Origin: an uncultured Candidatus Cloacimonadota bacterium
GTDB lineage: Bacteria; Cloacimonadota; Cloacimonadia; Cloacimonadales; JAJBBL01
Reading direction: 5' to 3'
Assembly (NCBI GenBank): GCA_964490765.1
Contig: CAZBDV010000001.1
Coordinates: forward strand, 145,437 to 209,436
Length of the DNA: 64,000 nt
The number at the start of each line of letters is the position of its first letter. Within the stretch, counting starts at the first letter, position 1. Of this stretch, positions 56,406-64,000 are shown in pieces. Made by a program: the position numbers and the translations under genes. The notes under the pieces are model-generated. The model was not told where the DNA came from. It saw only the letters and a program-made list of their open reading frames with translations, and did no database searches.

Positions 56406-57292
56406 AGTGGTATTCGTTCCCTTATCATATATATGTATTCAACCAATATCTCGTTAGAGGGCATATTCTTGATCAATTTATAAGAGTCATCGAGCAGCTT
56501 TTCTGCTGTTCTTCTCGCTTTATCCAGGCCAAGAATGGCTGCATAGGTGGCTTTGTTATTCCGAGCATCTTCTCCCGGTTCTTTGCCCAAAATCTCACTG
56601 GTTCCAATCTCATCGAGGATATCATCGATAATCTGATAGGCTAATCCGACATTGAGGGCAAAGTTCTCCAGTGCTAAAATAACATTTTCTTCCGCTTCAC
56701 CCATAACACAGGCCAGATCTATCGCTGCCTTTAATAATGATCCTGTCTTCTTCAAATGTATGTATTTGAGAACATTTATTCGTGCTTTAGCACTGGTAAC
56801 CATTACATCTACAGTCTGTCCCCCTATCATACCTCTGGTCGAAATCTCTCTTGCAAGGACATTGATACAGGTAATAGCTTTTTTTGAATTATTTATATTG
56901 GTCAAGACTTCGAATGCCTTGGTTAAGAGAGCATCACCTGCAAGGATAGCAGTTGCTTCTCCAAATTTCTTATGACAGCTGAGTTCACTTCTTCTCAGAT
57001 CAGAATTATCGATACTGGGAAGATCATCATGTATCAGAGATGCGGTATGAACCATCTCCAGAGCACAGGCAGCCGGAACAATTGGTTGCAGCATCGAAGC
57101 GTTACGTTTCTCCTTCAGCATCTCATAAGTAGCGAAGAAGATTATCGGTCTGAGTCTCTTGCCACCAGAAAAGATCGAATAATGCATCGCTTCATACAGC
57201 GGTTCTGGATATTCATTTACCGGTGTCAAATACTCTTTCAACGCTTTTTCTACAATCGATTTTCTTGAGTCGAAATATTTCTCTAATACCAA
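56402..57292 (-). CDS. Polyprenyl diphosphate synthase (probably geranylgeranyl-PP synthase)
   Basis: TTG start. FARM LIHDDLPSIDNSDLRR with small residues (A,S) at positions -5/-4. SARM QIIDDILD. Confidence 0.8.
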   Translation of the reverse strand: MVLEKYFDSRKSIVEKALKEYLTPVNEYPEPLYEAMHYSIFSGGKRLRPIIFFATYEMLKEKRNASMLQPIVPAACALEMVHTASLIHDDLPSIDNSDLRRSELSCHKKFGEATAILAGDALLTKAFEVLTNINNSKKAITCINVLAREISTRGMIGGQTVDVMVTSAKARINVLKYIHLKKTGSLLKAAIDLACVMGEAEENVILALENFALNVGLAYQIIDDILDEIGTSEILGKEPGEDARNNKATYAAILGLDKARRTAEKLLDDSYKLIKNMPSNEILVEYIYMIRERIPL

Positions 57293-57337
57293 AATCTACC
57301 TCTCTTCTTGTTTGTCAAAACTCCTCTCGTTATTAAT

Positions 57338-58372
57338 CTATACAGACAGCGGGAGATCGACCTTCTTCCCGGTGCGTGACGATTGATAAAAGGCTAAAAT
57401 AATTTCCAGTGACTTTCTGCCGTCTCTTCCGTTTGTATGAGGACTGTTTTTCCCATTCATAGCCTCTACGATATTTAGATAATAGGGTAAATGCCCAGAA
57501 CCGTAGACTGTCAATGGCTGATAATTAACCTCTTCTAACAATCTGTCATCGTCATCATAATCCTCGAATTCCCACTTATCGACTTTATTTAGTGCTATAC
57601 CACCAATCTTTACAGAACCCTTTTCTCCCAGAATGGTAATTGAGCCTTCATAATTCTTGGGAAAGGTCAACATAGTAACATTGATAGTACCTATAGCACC
57701 ATTAACAAATCTAAGAATAGCTGTTCCTGTGTCTTCAGTCTCTATGTTACGTGCCATTGTAGCAGTCTCTGCCATCACTGACTTGACATCTCCTATCAAC
57801 CAGTATAGGCCATCAACATAATGACTTGCCTGATTAAGAAAAGCTCCCCCGTCGTATTTCCATGTCCCTCGCCAGGAAGCCATATCATAATAGGACTGTG
57901 GTCTTTGCCAGAAAACATTAGATTGCACAAGATATATTCTGCCGAACCTGTTTTTCTCTATCGCCCTTTTCAGTAACTGCATTGTTGGATTGAGCCTATT
58001 TTGTTTCACAACAAAGAGATGTACTTTATTGTCATCACAGCTCTGGATCAATTTATCAGCAGACTCGAGATCTGTTCCCATAGGTTTTTCAGTAAGAACA
58101 TTGATCCCTCTCCTAGCAGCTTCAATGCCAATCTCAGGATGCAGGCTGCTCGGTGTGCAAATTACTACAAGATCAATTTTCTCCTTGTCCAGCATCTCTT
58201 TGTAATCAGCATAATAGGTCTTGAGTTCAAAATTCTCAGCAGCAGCAGCAGCTCTTTCGGGGATGATATCTGCGCAGGTAACAAAACAGGCTTCATTCAG
58301 ATTCTCAACTGCTTCAAAATGCTTGCCGGATATCCTTCCGCAACCTATTAATCCCATTCTGATAACCTTCAT
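57338..58372 (-). CDS. Gfo/Idh/MocA-family NAD(P)-dependent oxidoreductase
   Basis: N-terminal Rossmann MKVIRMGLIGCGRISGKH. EKPM motif (LTEKPMG). 344 aa. First gene of the operon. Confidence 0.8.
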   Translation of the reverse strand: MKVIRMGLIGCGRISGKHFEAVENLNEACFVTCADIIPERAAAAAENFELKTYYADYKEMLDKEKIDLVVICTPSSLHPEIGIEAARRGINVLTEKPMGTDLESADKLIQSCDDNKVHLFVVKQNRLNPTMQLLKRAIEKNRFGRIYLVQSNVFWQRPQSYYDMASWRGTWKYDGGAFLNQASHYVDGLYWLIGDVKSVMAETATMARNIETEDTGTAILRFVNGAIGTINVTMLTFPKNYEGSITILGEKGSVKIGGIALNKVDKWEFEDYDDDDRLLEEVNYQPLTVYGSGHLPYYLNIVEAMNGKNSPHTNGRDGRKSLEIILAFYQSSRTGKKVDLPLSV

Positions 58373-58479
58373 TCCAACTCCTTTTTGTTCAAATCAAGTA
58401 ACTACATGTCCCGACGAAAAAAACTAATCCAGCAGACAAACTATTTGAACCTGATGAAAAGTTCTTTCCAAGTTAGTTC

Positions 58480-58508
58480 TATTAAGGGTTTACTGTTAAA
58501 ATTGTCAA
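58480..58508 (-). promoter_or_regulatory. Sigma70-like promoter (TTGACA-N17-TTAATA) for the long minus-strand operon
   Basis: Minus strand reads TTGACA ATTTTAACAGTAAACCC TTAATA, about 105 nt upstream of the ATG at 58372. Confidence 0.45.
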
Positions 58509-58785
58509 CTAATAAATATGTTATGAACTTTGCAATACAGTGAAGGGCTTTAATTTATTTAAATCACTCTTTTGCTGCTATGTATAGAAAAGTGGATCAT
58601 TTTATCTTCTCTCTACAGTCTTTCTACCTCCATATGGTTAAGTATGGCTTCTTAAACTTTCTCAGAGCATCTGATAAATCGTATGATAATCGTGCGGTAT
58701 TCTATAAATGATGTTCAGTCTGTTTAAGCGAAGAAACTCTTTGACAAAAGTTTCGTTTAAAATATGTTGTTGAATGGAGGATGAA

Positions 58786-59226
58786 ATGAAACGAGTATTG
58801 CTTACAGGCTTGTTCATACTGCTGGTATCAGCTATCCATATCTATGCTGAGCCACTGGGAAGTAATTTAGAAGCTCCCTATATAAACCTTAATGGAATCC
58901 TTAATCCCTCCAATATAAAAATGAATCATACAATGTCATTTATGACAGGTATGTCGTCCGGTGGAGAAGGATATTATCAGTCAGTTTACACCAATCATCT
59001 TCTCTTTGATTTGCATCCCAAAATCGATCTACAACTCGACCTGAACTTTGTCAATTACGGCACAGCAAATTGGGATAGCAATTTTTCGGTTAAAGCTAAT
59101 GACGATAATCAGAGTCAGATTTTACCGGAATTTTCGCTTCAATACAGACCTACTGAGAGAACGAGTATCCGAGTAGAATTCCGTTCCATGAAACCCTATC
59201 AGAGGAACGATAACTGGTGGTGGTAA
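58786..59226 (+). CDS. Small secreted hypothetical protein (beta-rich, ends in WWW)
   Basis: Start at the ATG 5 nt after GGAGG gives signal peptide MKRVLLTGLFILLVSAIHIYA. No family recognised. Confidence 0.55.
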   Translation: MKRVLLTGLFILLVSAIHIYAEPLGSNLEAPYINLNGILNPSNIKMNHTMSFMTGMSSGGEGYYQSVYTNHLLFDLHPKIDLQLDLNFVNYGTANWDSNFSVKANDDNQSQILPEFSLQYRPTERTSIRVEFRSMKPYQRNDNWWW

Positions 59227-59229
59227 TAG

Positions 59230-60003
59230 TTGCTCGTTTACCTTGAGATACTATTCATAATAATACTCGGCTCTTCTCTGGGAAGTTTCTTTAATGTTTG
59301 CATATATCGTCTGCCCAGGAAAGAGTCTATAGTCTTTCCTGCATCTTATTGTCCAGCCTGTTCCAACCCGATCCCGAAATGGCTTAATATACCCCTGATC
59401 GGTTATTTTCTGACCCTTGGCAAATGCAGAAACTGTGGTACTAAAATCCACTGGCATTATCCTTTAGTAGAGTTCCTGACAGCTTTACTTTTTTTGTTAC
59501 TCTTCCTTCGTCTCGATGCTCAATTCTCCTTTCTCTTCTTCAAGTATGCTATCCTGATAGGGTTTTTCATCATTATCTTCTTTATAGACAGTTTTCATAA
59601 GATCATACCAGATATACTTTCTCTACCATTGATACCCCTGGGTATTCTTTCTGCTCTACATCCGTTCAACGATGTAAGCCTGTTTTCTTCTATTGTTGGT
59701 GGTGCAGCAGCTTTCTTACTCTTCTATATCATTTCACTCGCTTACTGGAAACTTACTGGTAAGATCGGTCTCGGTGGAGGTGATATAAAACTAATCGCTG
59801 GTATCGGCACATTTATCGGGATTGCAGGAATCCTCTTCTCGATACTGGTTTCCTCGATAATTGCTGTTGTTGTTATGCTGCTTATCAGATATGATTTGAG
59901 GAAGGAGTTTCCTTTTGGCCCCTTTTTGATTTCAGGAACTCTACTCTATATATTCCTGGGCTATGTTATTATTGATTGGTATCTGAATCTATTTTTGCTC
60001 TGA
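59230..60003 (+). CDS. Type IV prepilin peptidase (A24 family)
   Basis: TTG start. Zinc-ribbon region CPACSNPIPKW...CRNCGTKI. Catalytic GGGDIKL motif. Multi-TM. Confidence 0.8.
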   Translation: MLVYLEILFIIILGSSLGSFFNVCIYRLPRKESIVFPASYCPACSNPIPKWLNIPLIGYFLTLGKCRNCGTKIHWHYPLVEFLTALLFLLLFLRLDAQFSFLFFKYAILIGFFIIIFFIDSFHKIIPDILSLPLIPLGILSALHPFNDVSLFSSIVGGAAAFLLFYIISLAYWKLTGKIGLGGGDIKLIAGIGTFIGIAGILFSILVSSIIAVVVMLLIRYDLRKEFPFGPFLISGTLLYIFLGYVIIDWYLNLFLL

Positions 60004-60016
60004 ATAAACTTTTAAA

Positions 60017-61297
60017 CTATCGATATTCTCTTTTTTCGATCTGATTCCAGAGTTCATTAATTATCAAGACATTACGATTGAATCTGGTCTTAAACTCATC
60101 CTGGTGTATTCCGTCGAGAGTATAACCATCAGTATTAAACATATTGCTGCTGAAGGCTATCGTATCGGGTAAGTTCTCCATTACTGACAATTGATCTTTG
60201 ATATCCCGGTAAGTCAGAAGTCCGGTCACCGTGACTTTATGGCCAAAGAAGTCGTTTTGGATCCCCAATACTTCTATCTTGATCGTACCTAAGGAACGGT
60301 TTATTTCTCTGGCAATGATACTGATATGCTTTTCGGCAAGTTTTCCTGTGATGAAAAGAATCTTCCCTTTCGGTAGTTCTCTGAGGAATGTCTCTTTTTT
60401 CATTACCCAGTTATCAAATGTAGCTCTGATCATACCGATACCATTCTCTAACTGACAAAAATCATCGTAATAATCTTTCACAGGAATATCCTCTTCAGCC
60501 AGGATAAAGAGCTCGTCAGCACAATAAATCTGTTTAAAACCTGTCTCTTTTGTCAGTTCTCTGGAATTTTTGATGATTTCTTGAGCAAGTTCAGGAGTTA
60601 TGGATTCCAGAGGGTAGAGGTGTTTTCTATACTTTGTCAGTCCGACAGGAACTAGTCCTATAGAGAGGGTATTCAATCCCGGTTCCACAAGATCGTATAT
60701 CGTATCTTTCAACTCTTCAGCATCGTTCAGGCCGGGTAAAACAACAATCTGAGTATGGAAAGCAATTCTTTTAGCCGAAAGGTATTGTAGTTTCTTAACA
60801 ATATCTATCTCTCTTCTGTATCTCATGATCTGCTTGCGGAGAGCAGGATTTGTTGTATGCACAGATATATAGAGCGGACTGATACGTTCTTCGCTAATTC
60901 TCTGGAAATCTACTTCTCCAAGATTATTCAAAGAGATAAAATTGCCGTATACAAAAGAAAAGAGATAGTCATCATCCTTAACATAGAGACTTTTTCTAAG
61001 GTTTTTGGGCATCTGGTCAATAAAACAGAAGATACAATGATTGGCGCAATGTCTGATCTTATAGGGTTCTGGAACTATACCGAGTTTTTCCTGCCAGTCC
61101 TGCTCCAGTCTCAACTTCTTATGCTTACCGCTTCTACTTATGATGACAAATTCCAGAAGAGGCTCTGAAGAATGGAATTGCAGACCAATAAAATCATCAA
61201 TTTCATGGCCATTTATACTGATAATCTCATCACCAGAACAGAGACCAGCCTCTTCTGCAATACTACCTTTGACAACCTCGGTTACTTTTAAGGACAT
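60017..61297 (-). CDS. PDZ-domain plus radical-SAM-like DUF512 protein
   Basis: N-terminal PDZ (GSIAEEAGLCSGDEIISING). CX3CX2C (CANHCIFC). 426 aa. Confidence 0.65.
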   Translation of the reverse strand: MSLKVTEVVKGSIAEEAGLCSGDEIISINGHEIDDFIGLQFHSSEPLLEFVIISRSGKHKKLRLEQDWQEKLGIVPEPYKIRHCANHCIFCFIDQMPKNLRKSLYVKDDDYLFSFVYGNFISLNNLGEVDFQRISEERISPLYISVHTTNPALRKQIMRYRREIDIVKKLQYLSAKRIAFHTQIVVLPGLNDAEELKDTIYDLVEPGLNTLSIGLVPVGLTKYRKHLYPLESITPELAQEIIKNSRELTKETGFKQIYCADELFILAEEDIPVKDYYDDFCQLENGIGMIRATFDNWVMKKETFLRELPKGKILFITGKLAEKHISIIAREINRSLGTIKIEVLGIQNDFFGHKVTVTGLLTYRDIKDQLSVMENLPDTIAFSSNMFNTDGYTLDGIHQDEFKTRFNRNVLIINELWNQIEKREYR

Positions 61298-61335
61298 CTT
61301 TTACTCAGCTGTATCTTAACGACTACTACTTCGTC

Positions 61336-62394
61336 TTACTCGTCACTTATGACTGCCGAGACGATATTTGTTTCATCGATCTCTTTCATAATGATATTTA
61401 TGGAAGATGTAATGGGAACAGCTAAAATCATACCTACAGGCCCCCATACCCAACCCCAGAAAATCAGAGAGATCAATACTACTATCGGTGACAGATTGAG
61501 TTTTTCACCCATCAGATTGGGTTCGATTATGTTACCGAAAGTTAATTGTGTTACAGTCAAACAGGCAGTGATACCTATCAATCGCCATCCAAAACCGTAC
61601 TGCAAAAAACAGATGAGAACAGGGAATGCAGAAGCGACAAAGGAACCGAAGTTGGGTATATAGTTCAGAACAAAGATCAGTATACCTGACATCAGTACGA
61701 AGTCAACTTTGAAGATCAGGACAAAGAACATCCCAACCAGTGATGTACCAAAACTTATCAAAGTCTTATTGAGGAAATACTTTCCCATCTGTTGCTGAAT
61801 GTTATTCATCAGTTTCAGTGTCTGTTTGTTACGCCCTTCTGTAAGCACTCTTCTCAATCTCTTCCCGAGTTTGTCAATCCCTGCGACGATAAAGATAAGA
61901 AAAATCAATGTCAGAACAAGCTTGATAGCAAAATCGAAAAAAGTCCCCATTGTACTTGTAACAAAGCGAGTAACAGAAAAAGAACCGGGTGAGATGATTC
62001 TCGATTGATCAAACCATTCCGGTAGTCTGGAAAAGACCACTTCCAGTTTTAGTGTCCACTCCTGTAAAGTGAAATAGGCATCATTGATAACCTCTGCCAT
62101 CATCTCCTGATATTTGGGAAACTCTACAATCAGCGAATAGATAGCCGAGTAGAATATGAACATAACCAGAGCAAAGAAAATGAGTATTATGGTCATCATG
62201 ATAATGATCGAGAAAAACTTAGCAATCCTCTTTTTCTGAAGTGCAATATTTAAGGGTGCGAAAATAAAAGCCAGGAATATAGCAAAAGTTAACGGGATAA
62301 ATATAGACCTCAATTCCCTCAATACGATGACAACAATCGTCATCGCAATAATACCAACAAAGATCTTTATCCATTTCAGATCATGATTTTCCAT
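61336..62394 (-). CDS. AI-2E family transporter (PerM/UPF0118)
   Basis: 352 aa and multi-TM. Family-typical layout with the conserved C-terminal region GMILAVPITS. Confidence 0.7.
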   Translation of the reverse strand: MENHDLKWIKIFVGIIAMTIVVIVLRELRSIFIPLTFAIFLAFIFAPLNIALQKKRIAKFFSIIIMMTIILIFFALVMFIFYSAIYSLIVEFPKYQEMMAEVINDAYFTLQEWTLKLEVVFSRLPEWFDQSRIISPGSFSVTRFVTSTMGTFFDFAIKLVLTLIFLIFIVAGIDKLGKRLRRVLTEGRNKQTLKLMNNIQQQMGKYFLNKTLISFGTSLVGMFFVLIFKVDFVLMSGILIFVLNYIPNFGSFVASAFPVLICFLQYGFGWRLIGITACLTVTQLTFGNIIEPNLMGEKLNLSPIVVLISLIFWGWVWGPVGMILAVPITSSINIIMKEIDETNIVSAVISDE

Positions 62395-62717
62395 TTTTCC
62401 CTGCCTTTGTTATGTTCTGCTTCTCTTACTGTACTCAACAATTATAATAATTTATCTACTCCTTATCCCTTTTGTCAAGAACAAACTACTCGGTGAAAGT
62501 AAATGCGGTGATTACTCTATATCTCAAGAGATACCGTTACTATCTTTATTATCAATTAAGTGTTCGTTATGCTTCTTTGATTTCCATAAATTATCTCCCT
62601 AATAAAGCAACGAGCTTTATGATTTCACCCGATAAGTCATAATAGAGCCGGGATTTTAATATTGACAAAATTATGCGTAGCAGGGTTTAATTAACAACTT
62701 AAGAAAAAGAGGTTTAA

Positions 62718-64000
62718 ATGTCTTATATCGTTCTGGCAAGGAAATATCGACCCCAAACATTTGATGAGGTTTATGCTCAGGAGCATATTACCACTATCCT
62801 CAGGAATGCGATTACATTCAATAGAATAGCCCATGCTTTTCTATTTACCGGTTCTCGTGGTGTAGGCAAGACATCAATGGCCCGTATTCTGGCTAAAAGC
62901 CTCAATTGTATGGAGGGTCTGTCACCGACACCCTGCAACAAATGTGAAAACTGCCTTGAAATAACATCAGGGACCTCTACTGACGTAGTCGAGATCGATG
63001 GAGCTTCTAATACCGGTGTAGAAGATATCAGAGACTTGCAGAAAGAGTTGATGTACTCTACTTCTAAATCACGATATAAGATCTTTATCATTGATGAAGT
63101 CCATATGCTCTCCAAGAACGCTTTTAACGCTCTATTGAAGACGTTAGAAGAACCACCAGAACAGGTGATTTTTATCTTTGCCACGACCGAGCCGCATAAA
63201 GTACTCCCAACGATCATCTCCCGATGTCAACGTTATGACTTCAAGAGAATTCCAATAGAATCTATAGTTGAACGCTTGAAGTCAATCTGTTCCTCAGAAA
63301 ACATAAAAGTTGAAGATGAAGCACTCTATCTTGTAGCCAAAAAGGCTGAGGGTAGTCTTCGAGATGCACTTTCTCTGATGGACCAGTTGATTGCACTTGG
63401 TAAGCAAGATATCAAGAATAACGATGTTCTCTCGATTTTCGGTATAGTATCGACCGATATATATCACAAAATAACACAATACATAGCCCAGAAAGAACCA
63501 GCTGCCATAATTTCACTGATCCATAATATCCTGGAGAAGGGAAACGACTTGCAGGAGTTTATTAATGGATATCTAGATTATGTAAGAACCCTGCTTCTGA
63601 TCAAGACTAATGTTCCCCTGCCAGAATTACCCGCCTCTGTTCGGGAAGAGATGGAGAAGATCAATGAAGATTTTACCGAAGATACGCTTCTTTATATCCT
63701 CTCTATACTGATCAAAACAAAGACAGAAATCAGATTCTCCGGTAATCCTGTTCTTATTGCAGAAATGACTTTCATAAAACTCTCCAAAACTGATATGATG
63801 ACCTCTGTAGCCGAATTAATCAAGAGCCTGAAAACTCATGATTTTACACCAGCTCAACCAGCACAGAAACCCCCTGTTCAAAAATCTCGGAGTGAAGCTA
63901 TACAGGATAATCTTAAAGAGAAGATGGTAAAGGAGATTGATGAAGAACTTCCCAAATATAGTGAAATCACTCCTGAGATATTCAATAAGACCAGAGAGAA
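62718..64000 (+). CDS. dnaX: DNA polymerase III gamma/tau subunit (3' end outside the window)
   Basis: Not in the ORF track because no stop is reached. Own translation: MSYIVLARKYRPQTFDEVYAQEHI...FLFTGSRGVGKTSMARILAKSLNC, FIIDEVHMLS. A TTGACA box at 62662 lies upstream. Confidence 0.9.
   Translation, partial: MSYIVLARKYRPQTFDEVYAQEHITTILRNAITFNRIAHAFLFTGSRGVGKTSMARILAKSLNCMEGLSPTPCNKCENCLEITSGTSTDVVEIDGASNTGVEDIRDLQKELMYSTSKSRYKIFIIDEVHMLSKNAFNALLKTLEEPPEQVIFIFATTEPHKVLPTIISRCQRYDFKRIPIESIVERLKSICSSENIKVEDEALYLVAKKAEGSLRDALSLMDQLIALGKQDIKNNDVLSIFGIVSTDIYHKITQYIAQKEPAAIISLIHNILEKGNDLQEFINGYLDYVRTLLLIKTNVPLPELPASVREEMEKINEDFTEDTLLYILSILIKTKTEIRFSGNPVLIAEMTFIKLSKTDMMTSVAELIKSLKTHDFTPAQPAQKPPVQKSRSEAIQDNLKEKMVKEIDEELPKYSEITPEIFNKTRE

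Noticed and set aside
58237-58252. (CAG)5 triplet run in the Gfo/Idh/MocA gene
   Set aside because: It encodes an AAAAA stretch in a loop of a cytoplasmic enzyme. It is short and in frame, so it is unlikely to be functional variation.
62777-63217. 146-aa minus-strand ORF in the track
   Set aside because: It lies entirely antisense to the clearly recognisable dnaX reading frame (62718 onward). It has no SD and no motifs.
1-64000. Search for CRISPR arrays, tRNA/rRNA genes, transposases, integrases and prophage or defence islands
   Set aside because: I noticed no direct-repeat/spacer arrays, no tRNA T-arm/acceptor signatures in intergenic DNA, and no ORF with transposase, integrase or typical defence-system motifs.

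Overview
This 64-kb window is bacterial chromosome at about 90% coding density. I saw no rRNA, tRNA, CRISPR array, transposase or integrase. All calls come from reading the ORF translations and intergenic DNA by eye; no searches were run.

Most genes are housekeeping: hup-dnaN-recF, hutU, tsaD, panDC, murJ, uvrC, hydE, mnmA, thrS, kpsF, folE2, apbE and a partial dnaX.

The T9SS-type C-terminal sorting domains, GLUG-repeat secreted proteins, amino-acid-fermentation-type genes and archaeal-like lipid genes suggest an FCB-group anaerobe, possibly Cloacimonadota-like. That placement is inference only.

The most interesting region is an ~11-kb, 10-gene minus-strand operon (about 47.2-58.5 kb).
- It is bracketed by one TTGACA-N17-TTAATA promoter and one strong hairpin.
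- It joins a GGPP-synthase / UbiA (DGGGPS-like) / PcrB (GGGPS-like) ether-lipid triad to two NAD(P) oxidoreductases, one of them split by a frameshift.
- It also carries an orphan CpsB-type PHP phosphatase, a methyltransferase-like ORF, a UPF0104 membrane protein, a MoxR ATPase and a secreted FG-GAP/UnbV protein.
- No G1P dehydrogenase homologue is present in the window.

The second point of interest is a family of T9SS cargo genes: two 635-aa GLUG paralogues and a 284-aa truncated relative.
- Their long leaders carry short ORFs preceded by strong Shine-Dalgarno sequences.
- Two leaders share a ~60-nt conserved block encoding M-x-x-YQRFLFIW.
- One leader also has an 11-bp long-range stem and an anti-SD sequence.

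Other oddities:
- a 1379-aa PPDK-like protein that lacks the PEP/pyruvate-binding barrel
- a near-identical palindromic element in two intergenic regions
- an orphan terminator that suggests a small RNA
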